Below, piece by piece: positions 1 to 13,700 of a stretch of 64,000 nucleotides of DNA. The notes beneath the pieces were generated by a model. That model did not search any database and was not told the origin of the DNA. It worked only from the letters and a program-made list of their open reading frames with translations. Both the position numbers and the translations under genes were made by a program. Source of the DNA: the human T2T-CHM13v2.0 reference genome, Homo sapiens; assembly GCF_009914755.1 (NCBI RefSeq), contig NC_060938.1; one strand, 5' to 3'. Position 1 is the first letter of the stretch. Each line of letters starts with the position of its first letter.

Positions 1-454
1 CCAACAAAACAGTATTTTATCAAAGTAACTTCTAGTCAGTCCAAGACTGGACTGGATTTGTACTGGTAACCTGGTGGTGCAGGGCTCTAAGTCTCATGCC
101 AGCTCTTGTCTCCCTCATTAAACTTCCTTTTTTAGTAATGATTAAAAACAACTCTCTTTACTACAATATATTTTCTCATTGGCTTTATACTCGAAGTTGC
201 AAGTACTTTATAAAATTATTTTTAGTTTTGCATGCTGTATAATAATCCATCTAATTTGGTAAGCATAGTACATAAAAGAAATAGCTGAAAGGCTTTAGAG
301 AAAGTTCCCTACTCATACCTCCCCCTTTACAATGATCTCGGCATTAATATCTTATGCTGTAAGAGGGTGGCCTGGCACAGTACCATGAATATTGTGCCCG
401 ATACCCAGTGGTAACCTACCAATGATTGTTATGAAAATGATGGTGATGATAGTA

Positions 455-720
455 TAGGGGAGAGAGTGTAAACCAAAAGTTGAGATCTGTGTTCTGTTTT
501 CAGCTTCATTTTAATGGCCTACTGGAAGACCAGGTACATTATTTCTGCTCTTTTTTTTTTTTTTTTTTTAGTTTCTCCAGCTATACATGAAGAAAAAAGT
601 CCTAGTCCACTAGCCAACCTGACAGGCATGTTGTGAAAACTAATGAAAGTATAAAGTTCTCATAGTCCGAAGCATAAAAGGTGCTGTAACCAATAGGTAC
701 AAAATACTAATTATTATTTT
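455..720 (+). mobile_element. MIR-family SINE, degenerate
   Basis: MIR core-like 'agtttctccagctata' and 'gttgtgaaaactaatga', ending in an 'aattattatt' tail; boundaries approximate. Confidence 0.55.
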
Positions 721-1069
721 TACAGTTCAGCATAGTAAATCTTTGGAGTAAATTTTTTTCATTATATTTACTAGTCTTTCCTTTAAGAATTATTTGCCAA
801 ATTTAACTCTTTTTCTCTTTTAATTAGACCCAGAGTATAGTAAAAAAATTGATGGTTTGGCTTTCAGAAAGAGTTATTTTGTTATCTGTACCAAATTTTC
901 AATTAAATATTTTTAGCTGTGAATCAAGTTTCATCTTCAAAAGTGTCTTCAATTTTAAATAATTTGAGAATACTTACCTGGTTAGTAGGCTAAACTAACG
1001 TAGTAGGGAAGAGAGTGTAAGAAAAGTGCTGTTGAATTCATCATTCCCATTAGCACCAGTCTGCGGATT

Positions 1070-1935
1070 CCCAAACATATATTTCTAGGCTCAGATATTT
1101 TTCCTGATCCCCAGACTTATTAATCCAGGAACTAGTCAACTTCTTTACCTGGATGCCCTGTAATGATTTGTAGCACAACATACATAAAACTTAATATTCT
1201 GTTCCTGAATTTGCTCTCTCTGTGAATGGAATATCTATCCACCCCATCTCTCAAGCTGAAAAACCCTCACCCCATTTCCTCAACATCTGTAGATTTAACT
1301 GTCTTAATACTTTATGCCCCTTATCTCCATCCCACAATTACTACCTTAATTCGGCTTTTGCTCTTCTGTCACCGGGCAGCTGCAATTGTCTTCCTGCCAC
1401 CAGTCTGGTCTCATTACAGTCTACTCTCGATACCATTTCCAGATTAACCTTTACAAAATGCAAATCATAGAATATTACTGTCTCATTTTAAAAATATTTA
1501 GTGGTTTCTTGTGTGCTATAAGACAAAGTTTACACTCTTTATATTGGTTATTGAAATCTTAATAATCTTTACCTTGTTTCTAGTCTTGAATCCTCTTATG
1601 ACCTCTGTTCTAGTCACACTGAAAGTTTGTGGGTTCCAAAACATGCCATGTTGTTGGACATTCTACATTCTCTCCACCCACTTCTTTAATTGCCAACACT
1701 GTTTTATATTTTAAAACCTAATTCCAGTGTGAAGTCTTTTGTAACTCCCTCCTTGTATCCCATCATACCCTGTATATACTTCTTACATAGTTCCTATAAA
1801 ACCTATAGCACGTATTTTGTGTATATCCTTCCCTTCCTGCTTTATTGTATGAGAGATTATGTCTTGTTTATTTTTGCCTTTCAACGTCCAGCTCAGTGGT
1901 TGGTACAGAGGTAGCACTTGGTAGATTGATTAGAT
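1070..1935 (+). mobile_element. LINE-2 (L2) 3' fragment
   Basis: 'ggattcccaaacatatatttctaggctcaga...ttacctggatgcc' and 'tttacaaaatgcaaatc' match the L2 3' region; ends in an L2 terminus-like 'gctcagtggttggtacagaggtagcac'. Confidence 0.75.
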
Positions 1936-4599
1936 AGTGGGTGGAGTAAAATTCTATGACCATATTTTCCTCCTCAAGTTCTACTCCCTTTTCAGTGTTG
2001 CATGGAAATGGCTTTTTAAAGTACTCAGATTAAGATTTGATGGGTAGACGAGGTCTTTACTTAATTGGTATGATTGATGGGACAACAGGAATACTCCTGT
2101 AACCACTATACCTACCCAAAGATTTCATAGACAGTCTGACATTTCCCCATGAAAAGTCATTTATTAGAGTTCTGATATTCTACTTATTATACTCCCTGCC
2201 CTCTTTAGCACTTTATAGGTACAAAGTCCTCCCATAAACATTATCTTATTTAATTTTTAAAACAAGCTTATGAGATGGATTTTATTGTATATACTTTAAC
2301 TTTATCTCTAAAGCATATACAATATAATTTGCACCCTTAGGCAGATCTGTGAATTGCTTTGAAGAATAACTCGCTATTCTTTTTCGTGATTTGGACTACT
2401 CTGATAGTGACACTGTTTTGCTAAGCTGTGAGAGTTTGGAAGTGTCTCCCATAATTTTGACACTAGATTTTATTGGGTACAGCACAAATATCACTCCTTG
2501 GGGTGGGCCACATAGTCACGGACCCACAGATACTCAGATAGGAAGAGGCTCTAAAGGACATTTTCTCTTTATATATGGAATTGTATGAAATTTAATAGAA
2601 ATGGATCTCTAGAATTTTACTCCTTTTAATCAGGACAGTAGTACAAAGCAAAACTTTTGTACACTGCCTAGCATGGTGCTCAGTTCTGCAAACGTCTTTT
2701 ATGTCTTTGATAGTGATGGTGGTGATGATTTAGAAGCAGTTTTTGCCCATATACATATACCATGGTAAAGCAGTTTTCTCGTTTACCAACGATCTATGAG
2801 GAGCATTATTTTTATAGATCTTAGATATAAATTCTCTCCTTCAGACTGTTTGCCTGAACCTTAAAATGTAGCATGATTACACAAGCACTCTGGAATTTAG
2901 ATTAAACAGCATTCAATTTGAAAATCTAATCATATCATCTAAATATCATTAAGTAATAATAGGCTGATTGATAGGGACCAAAGCTGTTTTGGCCTGGTGT
3001 TGCATGCCTTTCACTCAGCCAGCCTTTTCAAACCAAGATGTTGATAAAGAGGTCTATAAATCTTAATAGTTGGAGACAGTTTAAAAGCATAGTTCACTGG
3101 ATAAGGTCACACCCACTTAAGTGACCTATTTTGTATACTTTTCAAAAATAGGTTAATTAACTTAATAGAAATAAGACTCTCATATTGATGTGCAATTACT
3201 ACTAAAACAGCTTTGTTTTTTTTTCTTTCCAAGTGAACATGATGTTCATGAAATTGAGGGCATAATAGCCATGACAAGAACCAGGCTTAGCAAGGCAGGT
3301 CATGTTCAGCGAGTACATTTCAGACTTCCCCTTTAAAATCCTCTTTTATTCCAGGTCCTAGGACATAAGCATACACCTCCATCAGAGCAGTTTATTCCTG
3401 GCTCTCTCCTATTTCAGTTTTTAGGAGGGATTATTCTAGCTGTTGTTGTTTTCCTAATCACTATAACAGCACTTTATATAGTTTCTGATCCCTGAAGACT
3501 CCAGCTTGCATAGTAAGCTCAATGAATTTTGGTCTCTTTTTCTTTTAATCTGAGGCTTTCTTCATTTTTCTAACAGATGGATGATTCATTTGCTACCCTG
3601 GGAGAAGCATGGTTTCAGAGGAGGATACAGTATAAAAGGGCAAGGGAGTACCCAGACCAGAGTCATATTCTGGTTATATTCTCCTCATACAGCCTGCTTT
3701 CATTTGTTGTTGTCGTTTAGTGCCCATTTCAAATTTTCTGCTCCTAAAGCCTTTTATCTACTCTTAGTCTTCTTATTGATGATTATAACCTTCTTAGTCT
3801 ATTATTGGTCACTAATTTTGCATAATTTGATTTTCCCATTCATCTGTTCCTTAACATATAACCCCTTAATGTTTTATATCGTAAGTTGAGTACATGGGCA
3901 TTTATTATTCTTTGAACTTTTAAATATATTTTAAATAACATATACATTTAGAAAAGTTAACCTCCTCCCCCAGTCTGATATCTTGTATCACACATAACTC
4001 TCTGTGTAGATGTTGCTGAGTCCTGCTGGCTCGAATTTTCCTGTGGCCAGATGGTCTGAGAGGCAGTTAGTGATGCACATTCATGGAAGGGTGGGTTCTT
4101 GCAAGGTAGCCATGATGGGTATATTTGAATTGATGGATATATGTTGATCTGATGGGCGTATTTTGAATTAGAGGTTCTAATATATATAGCAGAGGTTCTA
4201 GATGACCTCTTTGTTCACCTTACAGTAGTGTCATTTCTCTGCTTGTTTGCACTGCACTTACAACAAAGACTTTTCTAAATTAAACAAGTCTTGTTTATAT
4301 GTTTTGTGTATGTGATCACAAAAAATAGCAAAGAATACTGTTCTATGGACTCTTAGCTGTGGTGGAAAGAACCATTTAAACTCTCTCAGCCTTTAGTTCT
4401 TCATTAGGAAGATGCCTTTCTTACTGAGGGTTGTAATGATTGTGAAGTCCAGTTTTCTGACTTCTCCATTAGGGAATAAGAGAACTCTTTGGTTTTAAAT
4501 TGAAAGATGGAGTGATTCACTCTCCAGTGTAGGAGGGAACCTACTCTACTTGAATTTGCTATATTTCTTTATTTCCTAGGAAAATGTTGGTGGTTTTCC

Positions 4600-4745
4600 C
4601 TCCCAAGCATTCTCTCTAGAGTTTAGCAGCATCCTTTCCTTGAAAGCAAAGGCCTCATTTCCTATTTCTTTCATATCCTTTAATTTGCCTAGTACAGGGT
4701 CCATTTCATAGTAAGCACTCATTAAAAACATTTTAGTTAATTAAC
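4600..4745 (+). mobile_element. L2 3' terminal fragment
   Basis: 'tccttgaaagcaaaggcc...gcctagtacagggtcc...atagtaagcactcattaaaaacatttt'. Confidence 0.6.
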
Positions 4746-4839
4746 TACAAAATGTCTGGCTCAGGTTTAGGAGAGAATGAAAGATTGGGCAGGGGAAGTA
4801 CTGGCACACAGGAGAATTAAAATCAGAGGATATCCTTTT

Positions 4840-5240
4840 TATTACTAATTCTTTTTCCAATAATAAAAGTACTCTATTTTCCTTATTTAAGAAAGCTATC
4901 ATTTAAAAAATTAGTGTTCTAAAACCACACCCTGAAATGACTACTGTTAACATTTTGTCATATTTCTTACTAGTCTTATTTTATACACATTTAAAATTTT
5001 TACATAGTTTAGCTTATATTTTATGGTTTTTATATAGTATTTTTTACTTATTTTATCATCTCATCCTATTAAAAACTTTTTTGTCAAAGGAATTTTAATG
5101 GCAGCAGAATTGTTTATTTCACAACTGTAACATGAATTCTATAACCATTCTAGATGTTGGACATTTAGGCTGAATCTATTTTTTCATGATTATAATTAGC
5201 AAGTTGCCTTTTGGAAAGGCTATACAACTTTTTATTCTCA
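4840..5240 (-). mobile_element. Old L1M (L1ME-like) 3' fragment
   Basis: 'actactgttaacattttg', 'gttggacatttaggctg' are typical of the antisense L1M 3' end. Confidence 0.55.
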
Positions 5241-5626
5241 TTTCTGAACATAAAATGTTGATGAAAAAAATGTATTGGGAATGATAACTTCACTGAGTTT
5301 TAGACCAGGGTTTCCAGAAGTAAAATGTTCATGTCTTGGTTTTGGCCTTTGGGTAGAAAAAAGTAAGTTTTTACCAGGAGTCCCTGAAAGGGAAGGCCCT
5401 GCTGGCCAGGGGTTTCAGGCTCCTCCTCCATAACCCATCAAGTGACCAAAGTCTTGATTTTCTGTGTAAACGGGTAGACAGGTTCTCAGCCTGATCGAGT
5501 CATGTATTTATAGAAGAGGTTCTCTTTTTCTTGAAGAATTTCTGACTTACTTGATCTGTCATCATTGTCTCTTATTTGTAACTTTAGAGCCTGACAGAAC
5601 AAAAAAGAAATAAGCCATTTCTGTAG

Positions 5627-5982
<356 letters not shown>

Positions 5983-6094
5983 TACAGTGTCTTTTACTAG
6001 GAATTGTAATTTTATTAGTTTCTAAAGAAAATATTAAATGCAGTGTTTTGTAGGCAGTGATTACCTTTCATCTTGTTTGTCATATTTCTCATTC

Positions 6095-6408
<314 letters not shown>

Positions 6409-6789
6409 TAGGCTGATGAAAATACTAAATATTTCAACACCTCTGTATCATAGCCATGTTTAAATGTGCATATCCACCAGTCAATTTTAATACATTCCTT
6501 TCTAGTAAATTCTGTTAGGTCTTCAGTTCAACTGTACCTCCCTCAGTGTCACTTTTTACCTTCCCTCCTCCCTTAAATCGCCTAGTTCTCATTTTGAAAA
6601 GGTAGAGAAATCCTTTGTCAGTAGTTAGGAGGATGTAGATCCTGTATGATTTTCTGTCATTACATTCTTAATCTATTACATGTGTATTTGTCCCGTCCTT
6701 ACTGACTTAACCTCTGACCACATTGCAAAATGTAAACAGAGCCAGATACCGACAGGTTTGTCCCTTCATTAGCCAGGGCCCAATTCATA

Positions 6790-6910
6790 ATTTCTATTTT
6801 CTAATTTGGAGAATAAGAAGGTTAGCTAGATTAAGAGGCTTTCCTAAGTCACATAACCGTTTGCAAGTAGCTAAGAACAGGATTGTGAACTCTTGCCAAA
6901 CTCCTCCATA
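6790..6910 (-). mobile_element. MIR fragment
   Basis: 'gattaagaggctttcctaagtcaca...aggattgtgaactc' antisense MIR core. Confidence 0.55.
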
Positions 6911-7429
6911 AAATTCCATAAGCTTGTGGGAGCTCATTTATACAATATTTAAGAGGTTATATAGGCAAGGAGAATAATTGAATTTCTATATATTTAGATT
7001 GACTGATATTTCCCAAACTTCAAGTGGAAAAAAAAAGCCCTTAAAGAAAGAGCTTAAGAGAATTAAAATGATGTGACCCGAACCATGGTTCCTTTCTCAT
7101 TCAATTATTTTCTTTTAACCACTGATGGCTTTTTGTGCTTGGCTGGGTAACTTTCTAGCTAGTCAAGCCTATGTTATGAAAGAGAAATAAGACACTTAAT
7201 CCTGTGAATGATTAACTAGTATTGGCCTCCCTTCCCAGTAGTTTGCCCTTCCTGTATTGTAGTCTGTGTACTCATTTCTGAGCCAAATCTCCAAGGTCTC
7301 TTATTATTGAGTGTAGGGACACCTGGATTACAGGGAGTTAGGCCTTTGTTTTAGTCTGAAGATGATGTGGCTAATTATACAGCTCCAGGCATTTGCATTT
7401 TTTCAAGGCATTTTAAAGTTTATTGCTTG

Positions 7430-7570
7430 TGAAAACCTAGTTTGTAAAGTATCATTTTTAAATTTTACAGGTGAAGAAGTAGAACTCAGAGAAGTTTTAC
7501 TTGCCAAAAGTTCTGCAGCAAGTCAGTGGCAAATTCAAATAAGTGTACACTCATGTATACTTAGCTCAGT
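7430..7570 (-). mobile_element. MIR fragment
   Basis: 'attttacaggtgaagaagtagaactcagagaag...cttgccaaaag' antisense MIR core. Confidence 0.6.
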
Positions 7571-8187
7571 GTTTAACTCATGGAGGTATTGTTTTGTTTC
7601 TTATTTATAATATAAAGCCAAGTAGGGCTGGCTAGAGCCATTTGTAGTTAATACATTTTGGTCTTTGATCTTTTTCCACATAAGGTCAGACTTCAAGATA
7701 GAAAAATATTCTTTATATTCTTTGCAAAGAGCTGATTGCCATCTTTCTATACTGCCTGTGGGAACACTCTGGCCTTAGAATCCAAGATTTTATTATCCAA
7801 GACAGCAGCCAGTAAGTACAGTGAGACCTAAGTGGGGAATTAACTTTTGGGCTGTAGATTTTGAATGAGAAGTCCTACTCAGGATCTGAGAGGTGACAAG
7901 AACGAGTGACTATTCATTGATTTGGATTCCTGGGTCTTGGCACCTTCTGTGGGATAAGAATCACATGCAATATGAGTAATTTTGTGGAAAGGTCTTGGTC
8001 CTGGTTCATAGACTGTCTCAGTTCCTCAGTAGAGAGAACTTAGAGGAGAAATGACTCCCTTGTTGTCATATTGAAGCAGCAGCAGACTATTAGGGAGTAC
8101 CCATGTTCCTGGCTTCTTTCCTTGGGCTGGAACCATTCAACTGCACAGATAAATGTTTACTCAAGGAAGAATGCATAGCTTTGAAAC

Positions 8188-8223
8188 AGTCTTAAGATGA
8201 GTAAAAGTCTTAAGATCAGTAAA
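8188..8223. repeat. 18-bp tandem duplication
   Basis: agtcttaagatgagtaaa / agtcttaagatcagtaaa, one mismatch. Confidence 0.85.
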
Positions 8224-8621
8224 ATATACAAACTACTCCTATGTAGGTCATTATATTAACATCTGTGGCCACATATTGGTCCATGAAAGGGATACTTCTA
8301 GCCACTGAAATCTTAACCACTAGAAACTTACTCTGCAGGGCATCTTTGTAATTATGGCACTGAGTAGCCCAAGTCTTAGATTATTTCATTGTGATGTTTC
8401 CAGTGTACCATCAACTGTATAGGTGATTAGCATTTGCCTATTAATTCCTTCTTCCTCTCTTATCTTCTTAATGACTCTTATACATTTTGTTATCTTTTCT
8501 TACTCTCCATGTAGTAGTTCTTACTCTGCATGTTCAGACTCTAGTGGAGGTGCTAGGAAGTTCCACTTTCTGGTAGATTATTTAGAGTACAGGATAGTCA
8601 AGGGAATAAGGATGGTGCTAA

Positions 8622-8783
8622 GGCAGGCTGTGGTGGTTTAAGCCTATAGTGCCAGCTACTCAGGTGGGAGGATCCCTGGAGCCCAGGAGTTCCAGGGTGT
8701 AGTGGAGCTATGATTGTATCACTGCACTCTAGCTTGGGCAAAAAAAGTGAGACCCTGTCTCCAAAAAAAAAAAGAAAAAAAAA
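8622..8783 (+). mobile_element. Fossil Alu monomer (FRAM/FAM-like)
   Basis: A single right-arm-like monomer ('ccagctactcagg...cactgcactctagcttggg...gagaccctgtctc') with an A-tail and no left arm. Confidence 0.85.
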
Positions 8784-10124
8784 GTGGTTATAAGAACCAT
8801 AGGAAAGAGAACAACATCATTTTGACTAAGACAAAGGCATAACCTTGACAGATCTCAGTGTCTCCAGGCTAAGAGAAGAGCAACTTAGATATAGTACCTT
8901 GAGCCTTTCAATGATTGCTGTTTAAAAAGTATATGACTGTAGGATAGGATACATTGGAAATACTGAACAATGCTGGAGGAAAGCCAACAGCATGTGGATA
9001 AGACCATCCAATGGGGCCAAGATGAGGGGGCACTGGATTGGATCAACGTTAATGACTAAAATTCTCTGCTTCTAATATACACATGACTAACTCCCTTACT
9101 CACTTCAAGCCTTTGCTGAAATGTTATCTTCTCAACGGGTCTGCAAACCTATTCTGACCTACCTATTTAAACTTGGAATTAATTGAATGAATTAATGGAA
9201 GCCTCATGTTGATTAATCCTCTTTTCAAGGACTGAACTGCATTACATAAGAAAATTTAATTCTATTAATGGTGAGCTCAGTGGCACAATCCACATCTAAG
9301 TTTTTAGCTTTATCCTCCTTGCAAATAATGATATTAAGTTAGTGTAAATATTAATAATATTTGCCCATGAGAAAGGAACAGAATGTTCTCTACCTTTCTC
9401 CAGCCATACTTTGAATCCTGGGGAATCAGCATTTCCCAGAAAGATCAAACTATCGATGACATAAAGCAACAGATTGATTCCATTGATGATCTTTTTATAA
9501 TACTGACGTACCACATTCTTCCCCATGGCTTTTGCATTTCTATCTTTCCATCTGAGACTTACAACTTCAAACTCCATTTTCCATGCTTTTGCTGGCATGA
9601 AGAAGGAAAAAAGAAATCATGGTGCATTTACTGGCCTTAAAGAAAGTTGGTATGTTTATAAAAGAAATAAAGCATACTGAAGAGGAACAGTATTTGAGTT
9701 TCATCAGTTAAGCAGAGCAATTTAAGTACTGAATGCTTCATACTGACCATTTCCATTTTATTCATTGTAGGCAGGTTTATAAAGATGGCTAGGTGCACTT
9801 GTCCATGGTTCTCCCACCCGTGTTTGGGATGTGCTACCTCACAAGCATAGCTGGCTGGGGATAGTCTTTAGGTGGAAAATAGCTACGAAATACCTATTTT
9901 TGGTTGTATTAAATGAGCTATGGCTGACATATTCTGTGATTCATTTCTTTCTAAATGAGTGCTGGGGCATGATACTAAGTGTGCCCATGTCTCACTGGTC
10001 TTGGGTTCTTTTATGGTTCCCCAGCCAAATTCAAGTTGAATTATGGTGTCCGTTTAACTTACAGGTGTCTGAGATAAGTTGTCAGTTAACATTTATACAT
10101 GAGATCACCATCTCCTAGTAAGTA

Positions 10125-10245
10125 CAGAGTACTGGTAGAAAATGTGTGGCTCAGTCTGACTTGGGTTCAAATCACTCTACCGCCTTTTATTACATGAATT
10201 CCATCAAGTGAACCTCTCTCAGCCTCCATTTCCTCATCAGTAAAG
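10125..10245 (+). mobile_element. MIR fragment
   Basis: 'gacttgggttcaaatc...aacctctctcagcctccatttcctcatcagtaaa'. Confidence 0.75.
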
Positions 10246-10649
10246 TCTGACAGTTCCAAGCCAATGGCTTAATGATTTCTCTACTATATATGCACTTCCT
10301 AGAATAGTTGCATTCAAATTTGCAATATCTTTCATCAAGATGTTGCCTCTCTTTCCTTCTTTTTCTCTTCCATCACAGTAAGTGATAGAAACCTGCTTGC
10401 TGCACTCATAAATAAATGGCCAGACGTGTGCTATAATAGGCAGGATCCTCCTGCTGAGCCTGGACTCCATTTGGATGCTGTGTTCGTTAGTTGGAGTCTC
10501 AGAGTATGTGCCAACTCACCAATCTAGCTAATCCTTAAATATCCCTAGGAGATGATGAGGAGGCAGATTTTATCTCTTAGGCATGCATCTTGGAAAACAT
10601 ACCAAGTAACACGTATCTATTTTTCTGGGGCTTTGTATGGATGGGTGGC

Positions 10650-10770
10650 AAGTGAGGCACAGAGAGGTTAAGAAACTTATCCAAGATTCACAATAGTAAA
10701 TAGTAGAACTGGGATTCAAACCCAGGTCCAACTAATTCCAAAACCTGTACTCTTAATCAGTATGCTGTTC
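10650..10770 (-). mobile_element. MIR fragment
   Basis: 'tgaggcacagagaggttaagaaactt...gggattcaaacccagg'. Confidence 0.8.
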
Positions 10771-13700
10771 TCAAAGACTTAGCTCTTAAATCCTTAGTCA
10801 TTTCTCAAAATAAGATAATACATTCTAGTGCTGAAATAGTGGATCAGAAAATTTAGAGTTTACTCTCAGCTTTACCAGCGACTTCACCTCAGGCAACTCA
10901 ATCATCATTAGATGATTTCTCTATGAGGAAATGAGGATCATGATGTCTGTCACTCAGGGATAGAATGAGCATTAAAAACTAAAACAATAGCCTCTGTAAA
11001 AGCCCTTTGGTCTCCAGAGTTGATGAACATTGCATTAATCTACAGCATTAATATTTTATATTGAAGACTTCTGAGCAGGTCATTTTGAACACAAAAAAAG
11101 GTAAACTTTGGATCATGTATTCCCTGGTTCTAGAAATTAAAGGTAACCAACCTTGAAATAAATAGTTATAGCAGTGCCAAAAGAGGATACGATTATGGAA
11201 CAATATCACCCAGGTATCTTACACAGAAGGCTTCTGGATTGTTTCAGTTAGCAGCAAGAGTATGTATTTCATGGGCCTGGGGCATATTAATCAACTGCAC
11301 TATGCCAAGATGGAGTTCTGTTTTTTACTAGAGATCTGCTCTAAATCACTCTGTTCATAATATTGTCATCAAATTTGCCATCCACAATTGAGGCATGTCA
11401 CAAAATGAGCAAAGGAGTCCTTTTCTCTAGAGTGTAACTGCCAGAATGGGCCAAGAAAGGTAATATTGGACTAAGACTTGTTTCTGAGAAAAGTTTTTCT
11501 TCCAGATTCAAGACTGACACTGAGTGTACAATGCCACATTGACTTCCAATGGCAAACAGCACATAATTCTGTACACAAACACTTAGTGATGTTTTCCTCT
11601 AAAACTTTTAAAAGCACCATCTTTTTCTGGGTGCCAGAAAGGCACTCAGCCCAACAGTATAAGCCTATGACTGCTCAAGCACATGTGTGTGCATGCACTT
11701 GGGTGTGCATGCGTGTGTGTATGTTTACACAGGTAGGCACCTAGGTGTTTTGTTCTCCATTTTTAGAATGATCTTTGTTGCTGGCCAGTACCAGAGTGAT
11801 CTAATTATACATGCTTTACTGATTTCCATCTACCAAAATTCATGTTTCAAGTTTAACTAGATATCCTTAGTGGATGTTTCCTTAAAAACATGCGATCACA
11901 TGTGCTTATCTTTTCTCTCACTAGGCTGGAGCTTAAGTCCACTTATGAGGAGAAAATATATAAAAGCAACTCTAAATTGGTGAGGGCGATGGAGGGGGCC
12001 AGTGGGGAATGAGAGAAAGGGAAAAATGAAAATAAGAAGCAATTAAGTTTTTTTTTTTTAAATTAGCCTAAGCTCCTGGAAACAGATATAAATAAATTTG
12101 AGAAAGCCTTCCAAAAGTCAGAAGAATTTAACTCTCCAGCCGAGATGTTCAAGCTTTCTGGCATTTGACTAACGTTTTATGCTCTCTTGTCTATTGATCA
12201 TTGAGCCACTGTTGAGATGACCAGATGACCAGGTGCTAAGCATACTTTAAAGAAAGTTACCTTGCCTGAAGACATTTTCCTACTCAGATATCTTTAACAG
12301 CTCAATGCACATGACCTTGGCATTGCTTCAAAGGTGGCAGCTCATCCAAGTAGGCAGAATACCTGGTCTCTCAGCACTGCTTTTATAATGCCCTTTTTCT
12401 AACGTTGAGCTGGTGACCATGCTGCCCTCTTCATTTTGCAGTAATCAGGGTTGTCTTCTTTTTTCATATCCCTTTCCTGCCTGAGGCTGCTTCAACAAAC
12501 AGCAAGTATAAACTGAAACCCTATCTCTTTGCGGATCAAACACACAGCTTGAATACATTGATAAATAACTTTAAAAAAAAATTGTTTAGCCTGTGGACCT
12601 ATTTATCAGAATGCTATATAAAATTATTGTTTTCCAGTGACCCAATTAGTTGAAATATTCTTTCTGAAGCTATAGGAAAAAGACTTAATATTGTTTGATA
12701 TGATTTTATCATTTGTTTAGTTATGTATCACTTCCCACTTTACAGTGTGTTATGCATACTTTCTTTTTTTCTGTCATCCTTCCCCCATGTCTCTACTCTT
12801 CAGTCTCATGCATAAAGAAACAGGGTTCCCTACTTGACAGTAACCACATGAGGAGTTGACATTGGCAACTGGTTTAAGACTTCGATCATAAGTCATCTAA
12901 GTAATTGGGCTATGCGTATCCTGTTGAATCACATTCCTTCTCAAATCCTTCTTTGTTAAAAGTTTGAAGCCCAGGCCTTTCAATTTTCTCTTATCCCTTT
13001 AAGTCCACAAAGGAATTTTTAGGCTGTTTCTGGAGGGTTATAACTTCTCCCCAGTGCTGTCCAATAGCTGGCATATTGGAAATTGGCAGAATGTGGGTGC
13101 AAGAGAGAAGGGAGTTCTCAGTAAAGCACCATTAGAATTCTCCCACAGTTTGACACATTCATTTCATTGCCCCTGTTTTGTGTGGCTAGCAACTGATGTT
13201 GTTTGGCTGTGACATGCGTAAACAGATGTTGTAAAAAACCTGAAAAACAAAAAATCATCTTTCCCTACTTTTTCAGGCATACTGAAGACAGAATCCTTTT
13301 TTGGTTATCTTGAAGAGTCTGAAATAGGAAACACTTTGAAGTGTAGATAAAATTTCTGCTCTGGTCACAATGGATGCCAAGTGTTATAAAATGATTGTGG
13401 GAGTGTGTTTCTATATTGGCATTTTGATATAGAGGCAGGTAAGAGCAATGCCACCTTCCTGCAGAGTACTCTAAAACCCTTTCTTCCTTCATTAATAGTT
13501 TTCCTTTGAAGATAAAGGAACTGCTTTCATTATGTGTGAAGCATTCCTTTTACAGTTAAATTACTGTTTATTGGTGAGTGGTTTCCTTGCTGCGCTAGTA
13601 TGCGGCAGATGTTTCTCATGTATCCCTAGGTTTTCAGGCTTTTTCTTTTCAGGATGAGGCTCTGTTGTCTTTTCTTTTTTTCTTTCTTGGCAAGAATCTG

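Noticed and set aside
3103-3126. AGGTCA...TGACCT inverted nuclear-receptor half sites
   Set aside because: The 12-bp spacer does not fit the ERE (IR3) or other common spacings
9296-9640. Overlapping 100-aa and 85-aa ORFs in apparently unique DNA
   Set aside because: No protein family I recognise and no convincing flanking splice sites; length is compatible with chance
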